In this document: positions 1 through 13,529 of the stretch, piece by piece
Position numbering within the stretch: position 1 is the first letter of the stretch
Layout: each line of letters begins with the position of its first letter
Origin: Octopus vulgaris
Lineage: Eukaryota
NCBI GenBank assembly: GCA_951406725.2
Contig: OX597823.1
Coordinates: 46,562,001 to 46,626,000 of the forward strand
Direction of reading: 5' to 3'
Length of the DNA: 64,000 nt
Notes under the pieces: model-generated
Database searches by the model: none
The model's input: only the letters and a program-made list of their open reading frames with translations
Told to the model about the DNA's origin: nothing
Position numbers and translations under genes: made by a program

Positions 1-629
1 TATAGGGCATTGAAAATGTAATTACAATGGCGATGCTCCAGTATGGTCACAGATTTTGGACTGAAAAGTGTAAAACAATAAAAGAAGAAAATATGGTGAT
101 TACTTCATCCTAACAGATGATTGCCATCATTTTTCTTTCTTTCTTTCCTTTTTTTTTTTGCTTTCTTGTTAATAGCATACTGACATTCTATTCATGACCT
201 CTCAGATTACTATTCAGTCCCGTTGCAAGTATGTAAGGTTAGTTCTGCCACTCTTCCGTCACTGTAGGACTTTCAGTAGACAGAAGGGCAAATGGGGTCA
301 TCACAAAGAGACATCTGTACGTCACAGAATTACAAGTGATAAATTCCTGTACAATATATAGTACTACTTTCTCAGTCTCCGTGATTAATACTTAGTGACA
401 GACGGAAAAAGATGACTAGTAATAACGTGAAACCGCAGGTTTTACATCAGAAAGATTCTTCCCTAGAAGGATGCTGTAGCAATATCTAGGGCTTCCTCAC
501 TCCCATGATTTTACTGCGTACATTAGCACTAACAAAGGCAATTTCTGCATCCCCACGGTCAGATGTTATGTCATCAAATGCGTTAAAGTTAACCCATTGT
601 TGGGACGTTGATACGTGCTACTAGTCATG

Positions 630-1393
630 CTCATGGTTCCAGGTTCAGTCTCACTGAGTGGTACCTTGGGCAATTATCTTTTATTATTGCCTAGGGCCGA
701 CTAAAGCCTTGTTAGCGGATTTGGTACACAGAACCTGAAAGAATCTCGTCGTACATAGGCGCAGGCGTGGCTGTGTGGTAATTCCTTCAATTCAAAGGAA
801 ATATTTATTCTGGCGTTCGTTATTTCCCCCTCGTTCTGGTCTAACGACTCTCCATGTTTGCTTTCGTTCAGTTTCCTTGTATGTCTCCACTGTTCTGTTT
901 TTGTTCCCAACTTTGACCCTCCATAAATGGTATTTATAGGAGCAATTGTCGTTGAATGCTCGAAATGAGGAGTAGATAGGTAGCCAACAACTGATGAAGG
1001 GTCGTTCTTTGTGTTACTTGTTCTGCTTTCCATTTTTTCTCTCGTTGTTTGCATATCTAGCTCGTTTGTTTTCGTACTTCATGTTGTTTACAGTTGGTGA
1101 CGTCCTGTACCCATATATGCATATATATATATATATATATATATATTATTTACATTATATGTATGTATGTGTATGTGATGTGTGTCTGTGTTTGCTCACC
1201 TACCATTGCTTGATAACCGATGCTGGTGTGTTTACATCTCAGCAACTAAGCGGTTCGGCAAAAGAGACCGATAGAATAAGTACCAGGCTTACAAAGGATA
1301 AGTCCTGGGATCGATTTGTTCGACTAGAAGGCGGTGCTCCAGCATGACTACGGTCAAATGACCGAAACAAGTAAAAGAGTGAGAGAGAAAAAG
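630..1393 (+). mobile_element. tRNA-derived SINE family A (CORE-like), interrupted copy
   Basis: 5' half at 630-752 and 3' half at 1180-1393 (ending gaaacaagtaaaagag) match the full copies at 26279 and 60459. Between them lie a second 24-bp SINE head (758-781), an unrelated insert and a (TA)n tract. Confidence 0.8.
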
Positions 1394-1556
1394 AATATAT
1401 ATATTTACATATGTATTAATATAAACAACTCGGCGCAACATTATATTTTAAAAGAAAAATTTTATCGTCACTAATTATGACTGACGGTGCCGAAGTGCCA
1501 ATAATGTAAGAAATAAGGGTTAAAAACCCTTAATGCTATATGAAGCACGCAGTATA

Positions 1557-2778
1557 TTGGGTCATGCCGTAAATAATGCGATCTTTTATACTTTTTTTTT
1601 ATTTTGAAAATTAAGCTGAACAAAGTTCTTTACTCTCTTTCATTTTCTTCCATGCTCTTCCATCTATCTGGTAGACTTACAAGCCCTATCTTCCAAAATT
1701 CACTTGTCTGTGTCAAAAATACTCCCCCAGTATTGTTCTGACCTCGTCTACAGAATTCATATTTTTTCCATCAAAATGATTTTGAAGTTTGCAGAATCCG
1801 GCGAAGATGGTGGGTGGGGCATCGTCTCCCATTCAAACTACTCTAGCCTTTGGAATGTCATCTTGGCGGTATGTGGCTGAGCATTATCCTGATGGATGAA
1901 CACCATTTGTCTTGAAACAAAACATGGTCGTTTTTCTTCTAGTGCTGACTTAAGCCGTTCAAGCTGCTCGCAGTAGATCGCGTTTGTTATCGTTTGGTTT
2001 AGGTTTAATTCAAAGTGGACTAAACCTGTCATATTCCACCAAACAGATAACAACATTTTATGAAGGTGAAGTCCTTCTTCCTGGGGTACCTGTGTTTCTC
2101 CTTTCCCTACCCACTGTCTTCGGCGCTTGGAATTTTTATAGAGAACCTCGTCACCAGTCACTATTTGGTCCAAAAAAGGTTCATTTGTGAGGCATGACAG
2201 TAAAGAAGAGCACACATTCATTCTCTGCGCGCGATTAGACTCGGAAAGTTTGTGAGGAACCCATTGACCCAAATTGCTGACTTATACGATGGCACGCGGG
2301 TTTCGATGAATGGCTGAATGACCAAATTCAAGCATCTATGCTTGTTCCTTAAGATTTACGATGGGATTTTGTTCCACTAGGGTTGCAGTACCTCCACGTC
2401 GACCTCTACAGATCTTCCAGGACGAGGCTCGTCTTCTAAACTGTTGTTTCCGACTCTTAATTTCTGGAACCCCCGTTGACACTGGCATACGCTTATTGTA
2501 CGATCCCCAAATACTGCATTATTACCCCTCGCACTTTCCGTTGTGTTGTTGGCCTTATTGAACTCATAACGCAAAATATCCCAAATATTCTCCTTTGTCA
2601 CTTCCATTATAGCTTTGTAAAAAATAACTGTTAAAATCGAACTGCACTCTTCAAAACTTGCACTAAGAATAAGTACAAAGTAAAATTACTACCTGCTTTT
2701 ATAGCAAGTTGATGCGGGTAGTTTATCCTGTCACCCTCCGATTTTAGCTCATGCATTTGAAATAATGGGATGACCCAA
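1557..2778 (-). mobile_element. Near full-length defective mariner (Tc1/mariner) transposon
   Basis: TIRs ttgggtcatgcc / gggatgacccaa flanked by TA. Broken transposase ORFs 2377-2607 (HTH, EDEPRPGRS) and 1838-2272 (WVPHKL, IVTGDE, HQDNAQPH). Confidence 0.95.
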
Positions 2779-2822
2779 TATATACACTGACAGGGGAGAC
2801 AAACGCCTCAAGAGGCTCTATA

Positions 2823-2882
2823 GAGTCACTAGACTAGACTAGTTTCGCCTATCTGTCGTAGGCTCATCAGTAATGATTACTC
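2823..2882 (-). ncRNA. Type I hammerhead ribozyme in a Penelope-like terminal fragment
   Basis: Minus strand reads UCAUUA-CUGAUGA-GCCUA(cgacaga)UAGGC-GAAA-CUA(guc)UAG-UC-UAGUGA. Core is intact, stems I, II and III pair, cleavage triplet GUC. Confidence 0.8.
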
Positions 2883-3039
2883 AAATGCTCGGTAGCTTGG
2901 CTAAATCCGGCAGTCTGTGTATGTATTTTTACCCTAAAAATTTATGGCTGATTTAGTGAAATGCTAAGGTGTATATGAAATATTAATATAAGAAGGTAGG
3001 CGCAATATAATGCTATAACACACATACACACACATATGC

Positions 3040-3051
3040 GTGCGTGTGTGT

Positions 3052-3132
<81 letters not shown>

Positions 3133-3145
3133 TGTGTGCGTGTGA
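3040..3145. repeat. (TG)n microsatellite
   Basis: Directly visible. Confidence 0.95.
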
Positions 3146-3360
3146 CTATGTGTCTGTGTTTGTCTCCCAACATCACCTGACAATTGGTATTGACGCAACT
3201 TAACTGTTCGGTAACTTTACTGTTCGGCAAAAGAGACCGATAGAATAAGGAGCAGCCTTAGAAAGAAAATGGGTACTCGAGTCGATTAGTTCGACTAAAA
3301 TTCGTCAGAGCATTGCTCCAGCATGACCGCGGTCTAATAACTGAAACTGTTACATGATAT
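3146..3360 (+). mobile_element. SINE family A, 3' half
   Basis: ttcggcaaaagagaccgatagaataag...gctccagcatgaccgc matches the family A tail. Confidence 0.75.
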
Positions 3361-3984
3361 AATATAAAATGTATACGCATATATTTACATGTATACCTAC
3401 CTACCTACCTATCTACCTACAGGCATACATACATACATATATCTATCCATACATACATACATACATACATGCATCCATCCATCCATACCATACATCCATA
3501 CATCCATACATACATACATACATACATTCATGCATGCATGCATGAATACATACATACATATACACTGACATTCATGCATACATATATATGTGCTTGCGCA
3601 CGTATGTGTGTGCTTGTTTATAAATAAGGCAAAGAATGGAGTAGCAAGCTTTCTTTAATTCGCTTTGCAGGTTTCAGACAGGTGGTTGGCATTTAGAAAT
3701 TCTGAGCTACAGTAATCATGTATATTAATCGATCTAATATTTGATCGACTAAAATTCTATTGAGTCAAAGAACTTTAACGCAATTAAGGCAGATCAATAG
3801 CAGGTAAACTAGCAATATTTGGCAAGGTATTTCAGCAGACTTACCTATTAGTGCTTATCAGATCATGCTAGAGGTGTATGATAATACTTAGGTTTCTAAA
3901 TCTCACTCATCTACTTGAACAATGTGAAACAGACGTTAAACAATGTGAATACAATTTGAAACAGACGTTAAATTAATAATAATC

Positions 3985-4227
3985 CTTTCTACTAAAGGCA
4001 CAATTTTGGGGGGAGGGGATAAGTCGATTGTATCGACCCCCAGTGTTCAGCTGGTACATATTTTATCGACTCCGATGATATGTTCAACTGGTACTTATTT
4101 TATCGACCCCGAAAGGCTGAAAGGTAAAGTCGACTTCGGCGGAATTTGAACTCTGAACCTAAGGACGTACGAAATGCCGCGAAGCATTTTGCCCAGCGTG
4201 CTAACAATTCTGCCAGCTCTCCACCTT
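3985..4227 (-). mobile_element. tRNA-derived SINE family B
   Basis: Reverse complement of ggcggcgagctggcagaa...gcctttcatcctttcggggtcgataaaataagtaccag, with a short internal duplication. Confidence 0.85.
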
Positions 4228-4931
4228 ATTAATCTTAATAATAACACCCATTAAACATCATAACAGTAACAATTATAATAATTATAAAAATAAGTAAATT
4301 AGCAGAAGTAAAATAATTAGAATAATTTGATAAAATAATTTGATAAAGTAATCAGATAAATAATTATATAAGATAAATATTAGTGTAACAACTAAATAAT
4401 TTTGCTCGAGTAAGATATACCAATATACAGGGCAGTGAAAGTCAGATCCAAACTATTATATTAAGATACACAATTAAGTATTCCATTTATTTTGCTAAGG
4501 TTTGAAAGGTTCATCTAAGTAAAATGTACGTTTTAATATTAGTTCATTTCTATTATTTAATTATGTAAATTTGAACTGACATACTTCGGTTTTCGAACTT
4601 GGGATCTGCAAGTGAGAGACAGCGGTAAGTGGAAATTTTACGGTCGACGTGGATTACAATGGCTTTCATAGGACAGTTAGTTGAATTTGATTTCTACGGA
4701 GTGCTTATAAAGTATTTAGCTCCATCTTTATACATCAGGCATTTAAATCAGTTGATCAAGTCATCAATTGATTGTCTAATCAATTGATTTATTTGATCCG
4801 TAATGGTGAAACTCCGGGGTATAGAGTTAACTGGGAGTTTTATCCATTCAAGTGTCCTGCTCGCTTACAATCAATGTGCCATAAATAAGAATGATTTTTC
4901 GTGACTTGGGACATGACTGCCCTCTTTAGTA

Positions 4932-5013
4932 TGTGAACTCAAAACGTAAAGACAGACGAAATACTGCTAAGCATTTCGCCCGGCGTGCTAACTTTTCTGC
5001 CAGCTCGCCGCCT
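4932..5013 (-). mobile_element. SINE family B head fragment
   Basis: gcatttcgcccggcgtgctaac...ctgccagctcgccgcc. Confidence 0.8.
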
Positions 5014-5029
5014 CATCTTAGTTAAAAAA

Positions 5030-5760
5030 TGTTAACGAAGGAAAATAGAGGGAATCTTCTAGCAATGATATTTTTTAACGAAGCAGCCCCTTTCTTTATG
5101 AGGACGATCTGAAAGCGAGTGCGTTTAAGAGCAAAATTAGGTATACTCATAACACAGAACCACCTGATGCCGGAAAGTCATCTGGTACCCAATCCTATTC
5201 TTCAGACGTCGCAACCATAGGCAATATCTTATTATCATTTATAGATGAATTCCTCCCTATGCAACACAGATACACAACACATATATATCGACAGAATTTC
5301 ATGGTAATCTTTAATTTTATACCCTCGACCTCAAAAACATAGCTTTACAAAATTATACAACACATGGAGATGGTTGCTCTTTCAGAAATAGAGAACTGTA
5401 CCCACTGGATGGAACATGTAATACCAAAGCTATAACATATGAATCGTCAATCACAGCAAATGATACGCTGAACCCCCATATGCACGAAGAAGAACGTGGT
5501 GCTTGCAGTAAGCAACATTAAAACAGTATTCAGTAACTCCACTTTCAGAACCTGGAACACAAGTAAAACAACAGGGTTTTCCAGCTACATCTGGGATTTA
5601 AAACAGACGTCCGTCAATCATTCTATCAACTAGAAGATTCTAAAAAGATGTAAGCCTTACAAAATCCTAACAGGACACTAGCACGCGTTTTAAATACTAA
5701 AGGTGAAAATGTGGGAGCTGTTCATGCGCTACAAAATACATTCTCAGATTTTGATTTCCT
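5030..5760 (+). mobile_element. Decayed Penelope-like retroelement (RT thumb to GIY-YIG region)
   Basis: Frameshifted translation gives FNEAAP.FYED.LKAS.FKSKI.Y, IWY..PYS, (C)PLDGTC...ITYES, SYIWDLK, ILKRCKPY, the typical PLE C-terminal motif order. Confidence 0.8.
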
Positions 5761-6104
5761 TCAACAGAAAAGCAAGCGCTCGTATAAACTTTTATACTTT
5801 ATGATTCCAACTTAAGTATTTACTAATTTTTATCAGACTTTATTAATTTTTATCAAATTTTACTAATTAGTATAAATATCATTAATCTTATCAATCTATA
5901 TAGAATTATGCACATATGTTCATGGGTGAGTGGTTGTATGCTTAAGTGCGTGGGTGTATATTTACTTATTCATTTGTGTAAGCCTAGAGCAATGTGCGTG
6001 TATATATATATATGTAATACTTGTATATTTATCGATAATTTTATACTCATATTTCTGTGCCGATTTTTACATCATATATTTTTTACATTTTTCAATTGTT
6101 GATG

Positions 6105-6475
6105 CATTATACATACATACATACATACGTACGTACGTACGTACATACGTACATACATACATACATACATACATACATACATACATACATACATACATAC
6201 GTACGTACGTACATACATACATACATACATATATATATATATATGTATGTATATATAGTAATATATTTATTTATATACGTGTTTTCGTGCGTGTTTATGT
6301 CTTTGCGTGTGTACGTATGTAAATATATATGTATGTGAGTGTTTATATATACATATATATATATACATGTGTGTGTTTGTGCGTGTATTATGTATATATA
6401 TATATATATTATGGATATATGTATATATGTATGTATATATGTATATGTATACACACACACACACACACACACATT
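6105..6475. repeat. Compound (CATA)n/(TA)n/(CA)n microsatellite
   Basis: Directly visible. Confidence 0.9.
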
Positions 6476-7369
6476 AGCTCCACAATATCATATAGCACAT
6501 TTGAATCGCTTTATATTGTTTCAGTTCATTTCATTACATTTGATATCATACATTACACAAAATTATATCATATAATATTTGGTTTCATCTAATTATATTA
6601 TACGTTTTACTATTTTGTTTCATATCACACTACTTAAATTTATTTAATCTTTTCTTTATATATACTTTTATAGACGGTGCTGAGTTATCAATCATTTAAA
6701 CCAAATTTTCTCAAAACAACTTGTCCGAACGTCCCATAGGCCCCACCCCTTTAAGAAACACTGATTTAACCTAAATTTGAGACATCAGTAAAAGATAGAC
6801 TCTTTTCTATTCCAAAGAAAAACGATTTTATTCACACAAATATGCAACCGAAGAGTTTAAAGTACCAGTAATGATAAGGTTGTTGACTGGGAGAACACAA
6901 ACATGGTTTAAACAGTAAGCTTGGCAGGAAAGAAACGTGCCCATTTTCCTTTTCCAGATAATACTAGCATACTGCTTAAAAAGAGAGCACGCATTGGCAG
7001 AGAGTCTTCTGCAGTGGCAAGGCAGTAGTGCTAGCAGGCTAAGGAAGCTGAGGACTAGAGATCCTGTAGACAGTTGAAAAAAGCTGCCGCTGCTAGACTT
7101 GCAACTACTCCAGAGCAGCATGAAACCTATCGAGTGCAAGGGCCGCAGAAACCCCAAAAAGGAGTGCTATCAGTCGGGCACGCAACGCTGCATCCACTTC
7201 TGCCACAAGGTTGGCAGATGACGAAAACCGTCGCATGATGAGACTTCAGTTTAATGTTCACCGGAAGGTTCTTGCCTATGGCTATCGGGAGCCATTGAAT
7301 AGTCGATGGGCATGAAAGGCACACAACTGTGATCCTGCTGAGGGTCACACCACTCATTGAGAGACTGCT

Positions 7370-7960
7370 ACGGGGGATATGTCTGTAATATGTCCATTTT
7401 GCAAGGCCCTCAAATGTGTTGGAGAATATCCAGTGGCCTATGCTGCTCAAACGGAAATGGTTCGTTTGCCTGACCTGCAAAACACTCGTCAGCTTTTGCT
7501 CTCTTTACTCCTTGGTCAACATCTTGATTTGCAGCAATTTATGGAGAAAATTGACGCTTATAACACTGCCTTCCAGATGACAAGTTTCGGTCACAAACCC
7601 ATTCATGAAGACTCCTATATGTCAACGTTCAAAATTCAGACTCAAATCTATCATTGGATAGGTTCTATTCTTCCTGTCAACAACGCTGAATACTGATTCC
7701 TTCAAATTTACTTCATGGGAGATACCACTGAGCAAATGGCTCGCCGAGTTCAGGTGGCACCTGGAACAAATATGCCTCTTTTGAATGAACTTCAGGAAAT
7801 GCTCCACACCACCAACCAATATGTGAAGGACTTCATAACTGCTGTAGAACACCGACATACAGACGAGCCTGAATTCAAAGTTATCATAAGGAGTGACCGA
7901 ACGCCTATCAGAGAGCACCAAGGATGATTTAACCAGTCCCAAAATGACGAAAATGCAGTT
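7370..7960 (+). mobile_element. Helitron Rep/helicase N-terminal fragment (pseudogenised)
   Basis: ORFs 7379-7696 and 7715-7927 plus adjacent frames give CPFCKALK..GE, YNTAFQMTSFG, TFKIQ.QIYH.IGS.LP, FLQIYF, LQEMLH..NQYV, FKVII, all Helitron N-terminal motifs. Confidence 0.88.
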
Positions 7961-9098
7961 CTGCCCTACCATCCTGATAAAGCCACACCATCGACTACAT
8001 GGCTACGTTCTTCACCAATACATCAACATGGTTTTTCATGTCGACTCTTTAGCAGCTGTTTCGACACACCAACATGGGACGGCAGAGGATGGTCTACAAG
8101 AGTTTACATTCTCGTGGTGTGGACTAGACAACATTCTGACTTTGGTCTGAATGGCTAAAAACTCGTATACATTGCAATCATTCTCCAGTTTTCATTGTGC
8201 GTTACCGGCGGACATGATCCTTTTCAGTCCTTCATGAAGGCTCATTAGTGACTGTCGTTATATGCAGGGGGACAACTCTAAGTAAATTCTCTGCTCACAA
8301 TAAGACTCATGCTGGTTATTTTGAGTACGTATATATATGTATCCTGCTCACTTTTACCGTCATTACAACCTCACTATTATCTGTCTGCCTGTCAACGCGA
8401 CATCTTTTCACTGCGAACTGCTAAAGATTCAAAGCAGTATTCGTGAACTGAAGTCAAACTTTTCACGTCTTCATTTCGATTTCAGAGTGGTCGTACACTG
8501 TAAGTATGTAGGAAATACATTCCTTTAACTCTATTTTTTCAAGTAGATATTATATTGCCATTTTGAACGTACCAATCATACTTCTCTCCGAAAAAATAGC
8601 TCCCTTTGCTGTTCAATAAAATCAAATCGCAGAGGGGAAGTTTCAACATATTCCTTCAATTTCCTTACGCTATTTATGTGGCTGATTCAAACAAGAAATT
8701 TCACTTTCAAGTAAAACAACTATATTCTGCAGTCACTATCTGCACTCTATTTCCAAATCACTTCAGTAGCTCTACTTTACATCGCTTGTAAACTTATATA
8801 TTCTATGATCATTAAAGTGCAACGACCTCCGCAATAATCAGTCTTCAATTTGGTTTTCTGTTCCTAGGTTAATCAGATACATAGATTGCCGTGCTACTCA
8901 TAAAGCTTCTCGGTAGTTCAACTATTTGGGTGAAAAAACTACCAACAAAGCAACTTTAACCGTTCAGAGGACTGGTGCGTTTGCTAGTATTTATATATAT
9001 TTATCATATATATATATATGTGTGCATTTGTACATATTGTTTAATATATGTGAGTAGATATGTATACATATATACAATTGTACATAAATGTATGTATG

Positions 9099-9133
<35 letters not shown>

Positions 9134-9517
9134 TTATCTATATACATGTATGTGTATATATATGTGTGTATATGTCTATCCGCGCGCGTGTGTTTATTAT
9201 CTGTTCTTGCTTTTTACGATCCCTGTTCAATACTTGCCATGAATAAACTGCATTCCATCGTTCTTCATTTTCTGGATGGCAATACAAATCCTGTATTTGA
9301 TTGTATTCATTACTTTCTCTCCCTTTTTCTCTTCGGATGTCAGACCCTCGAACTTCTGTGGATGAAATTGGTCGTGGTGAGACCTTAAGAAAAATGACGT
9401 ACCCTAAACTGAAAATGTCCGTACACAACAGCGGTATCAATGCGACTCCGTCAAGCACTTTAGTTGCGAAGCGAAGACAAGGTCAAGCATACGTATGTGT
9501 GTGTGTAATTGCGTACG

Positions 9518-9910
<393 letters not shown>

Positions 9911-10424
9911 CACACTCACACACATAACTATATTCATATATATACTATATTCATATATATATATATATATAAAGAGAGAGAGAGAGAGAGTGAGATGCAT
10001 ACACTAAGGTATAGTCATATATAAATTTGCACGCATACATCTACTGTATTCATATGTATTTGGTGGGTTCAGAAGGTGGTGAAGAGGGACAAAGAGATGT
10101 TAATCTATACAATAATAGGTCTCCAGACAAAATATTTACAATTTTTTATCCTATGAAACATTGAATTTAAATACAACTCTATAAAAGTTTATTCTGCTAG
10201 ATTTAATTTTAATAACTGAATTGTCAAGATAAATAATACTACAATTTAGATAATACGGCAGTGAATATCAATAAGTCTACATACAATATATCTAATACAA
10301 TGATATTAAATAACATTTGAATCAATACAAATAATACTAGAGTCAATTTAAATACCACTGCAGTCGATTTTTCTACTGAAATATAGTCTGTATTGTTGTC
10401 AATTCAATGAAATATATTATTATT

Positions 10425-10673
10425 TTCGTTTGTTTCAGTTTTTGAGCTGTGACCATGATGGAGCACTACCTTGAAGGGTTTCAGTCGAACAAATCGACCC
10501 CTGTACTTATATTTAAGTATGTTGCGTATACTTTCGGTCTTTTATTGCCAAACCGCTAAATTTCCGGCAGCTGTGGAGCGGTGGTCGAGGACAAACACAA
10601 ACGTTAAGTCAAAGACACTCATTCACGCATACACACGCATATACACACACAAACACACATACGCACGCACGCA

Positions 10674-10728
<55 letters not shown>

Positions 10729-10800
10729 TGAACGGCCTTCTTTCGGTTTTCCGTCAGCAAAATCCACTCTGAAAGGTTTGGTCAGTCGAGGGCTGGAGGA
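10425..10800 (-). mobile_element. SINE family A, degenerate, with internal (CA)n
   Basis: Reverse-complement matches to both halves of family A around a (CA)n tract. Confidence 0.7.
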
Positions 10801-11018
10801 GAAAATGAATAGAAAGAAAGAGAGAAAGAGAAAAAAGGAGAGAGAGAGAGAGAGAGAGAAAGAAAGAAAGAAAGAAAGGAAGAAAGAAAAGAAGAAAGAA
10901 AGTGAGAAAGGAAGGATGGAAGGAAGAAAGACAGAAAAGTTGAAACAAGAAAGAAAGATGCAAAAATACGTGTGCGAGTGCGTGCGTGTGTGTGTATTTG
11001 TGTGTGTATGTGTGTGTG

Positions 11019-11054
<36 letters not shown>

Positions 11055-11434
11055 GAAATCATACAAGATCCTGGTCGTATATGAAGGAAGTATCGGAAGA
11101 ATGATCTGTGACCCTCTTGAACCGGTGTACAACTTATGCGAATTTCTAATACGTAGGTACAATAAAGTATCCTATATCTTGGAAGGACCAAACAATCACT
11201 TTCTATGGACGGTGATATATGTGTTAGCAATTTAGTTGTTATACTCCAACGTTGCACTTGCAAGGTTTTGGAAATGCTGTTATAGCGATCATTAATTTCT
11301 TCACATTTTATTAGTTGCTCTCTAATACTACTAAATAGCGTGGAAACCATTCTCCTTAATTTTTATCACAAATTGCCGAGGGTCTTGGTTTTTAACCATG
11401 GGACCTAAAAGTTCGAAGGTTGTTATTATTTGTA

Positions 11435-12000
11435 TTGGGTTGTCCAGAAAGTTCATGCCGATTTATAGTAGCTTACATTTCGACTTATTTTAGAACACCG
11501 TTGAGTCCATAAAATAGGATTTGACTACACCTCCACATAGAACAAATTTTAAGCTATCTTTTCGTGGAAGAAGATTTATGTTCCTATAACCTGTGTTAAT
11601 TCTGTAACCCTTTAAAACGGAAGATAAGAAAGTTCATTTTCGGCACTTGATGCTTTGGGAACCAGACAAAGATTGCTGCAGCTCGGCTGGGATGTGTTAC
11701 CCCACTCTCCATATTCAACATATATTGCTCCTTCGGATTTCTACTTATTCAGGTCTCTGCAGAATAGTCTTAATGGTAAAAATTTCAATTCCTTCGATGA
11801 CGTAAAAAGATACCTTGATGAATTATTTGCCATGAAACCACCTCAATTCTGGGAAGAGGGTATTTTCAAGTTAAAGGAAAGACGGAGACGCATTGTGCAA
11901 CAAAATGGTTCATATTTGGTTGATTAAAAATGTAATGGCAAGTCTTTATTTACCTTTTTCTTTCCTTTAAAAATCGGCACGAACTTTCCGGACAACCCAA
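11435..12000 (+). mobile_element. Internally deleted mariner
   Basis: TIRs ttgggttgtccagaaagttc / gaactttccggacaacccaa with TA on both sides. N-terminal EDKKVHFRHLMLW is fused to C-terminal WDVLPHSPYSTYIAPSDFYLFRSL (ORF 11655-11927). Confidence 0.95.
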
Positions 12001-12120
12001 TATTATGTACAAGGCGGCGAGATTGTAGCAGCTCTATGTGTGATATTGGCTAATACATTCCAGGTGTACGTTCTTTTAATTCTTGCTGTTTTGTTATTTG
12101 CTATTTTTACTTTCGATTTG

Positions 12121-12522
12121 CCTGTGTGGTAAGAAGCTTGCTTCCAGCCACAAGATTCCAGATTCAATGCCACTGCGTGGCACCTTAGACAAGTGTCTTC
12201 TACTATAGCCTCGGGCCAATCAAAGACTTTTGAGTAGATTTAGTAGGTGAAAACTGAATGAAGCCCGTTATGTATATATATGTATCTATATGTGTGAGTT
12301 TTTGTATTATGTTTGTACCATCACCATCGATTGACAACCGGTGTAGGTGTGTTAATGTCTCCGTAACGTAGCGGTTTGGCAAAAGAGACAGATAATACAT
12401 GTACTTGACTTTTAAAAAATAATTCCTGGGGACGATTTGTTTGACTAAAAAGAAAACCTTTGAAGGCGGTGCTCCAGCATGGTCACAGTCAGAGTACCGA
12501 AACAAGTAAAAGAATGAAAGAA
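12121..12522 (+). mobile_element. SINE family A, near full length
   Basis: ctgtgtggtaagaagcttgctt...gaaacaagtaaaagaatg. Confidence 0.85.
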
Positions 12523-12540
12523 TATATATATATGTATGTC

Positions 12541-12571
<31 letters not shown>

Positions 12572-13346
12572 TAAGAGAGAGAGAGAAAGATAGAGTGAGA
12601 ATGAGAGAGAGATATTTACCTATGCATGTTTGTATGTATTTATGTGTATATATATGATAATAGTTTTAAATTGGTATTTTTAAGGAATTTTTAAAAAGCA
12701 ACAGAACATTTATTAATAGTGGGAAATTTATGATGAGTTAAATTTTGACTGAGTCTTCAAGTTCCACTAAGTGCATATTCAACAAGTACTGAGAAAATAT
12801 TCTTTTTATTTAATATTTAAATGAAGAAAAATGATGGAAAGCTTTATTTTACCGATATTGTGTATCCTCCTATATATTAAATATTAAGACCAGTAAAATA
12901 GTGGCAGTTATTATGAAGAATTGCGACAGGTCTAATAGCAAATAGGTGACTGCAATTTACATTTATTTACACTGCTGTTCGAAACAAACTGTAATCCAAA
13001 TTCTTTCTACTTGTGTTTCGCACTGGTTTTCGTCAAACTGCGACAGCAATAACCATCTTAGCAGTTGTCCCTTACTAATACATCAAGCTCTCGACTTAAA
13101 TTTAATTGATTTTTTTTGCACTTCATTCTTACGTGTGTATGTGTGTATCTGTACGTGTGTTATAAATTGCCATGTAAATTGTCCTATGAAGAACATTATT
13201 TGACGAAACATTACGTGGATTATTTGTGTATAAATGCGGCAGTATTAATAATGTGTTACACACATATATCGATTTATTTTAGCAAATTGCAAAACCAATA
13301 ATTTTTTCAGGAGGAGAGTAATGGATTGAATCGGCTATATCATACT

Positions 13347-13529
13347 GGTTTCAAATTTTGGCACAAAGCCATCGACCCCTATGCTTAACTAGTACTAATT
13401 TTATCGACCCGGAGAAGATGAGATACAAAGTCGACCTCTGAGGCATTTGATCTCAGAAGGTAAAGTCTATAAATGTGCTGCGAAACATTTTCCCTGGCGT
13501 GCTAACGATTCTACCAGCACGTCGCCCTA
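13347..13529 (-). mobile_element. SINE family B, degenerate
   Basis: ttttatcgaccc...aaagtcgacctc...ggcgtgctaacgattctaccagc. Confidence 0.75.

Noticed and set aside
240-345. Short minus-strand frame after a possible acceptor (EFITCNSVTYRCLF...WQN*)
   Set aside because: Weak splice context and no recognisable homology.
991-1010. CTGATGA hammerhead core start
   Set aside because: No stem II closure or GAAA follows.
8320-8960. Possible LINE ORF1 remnant on the minus strand (a similar impression at 14150-14700 on plus)
   Set aside because: Too decayed to support any motif by eye.
10754-11350. 198-aa hydrophobic ORF
   Set aside because: More than half derives from (AG)n/(AAAG)n/(TG)n repeats; no recognisable domain.
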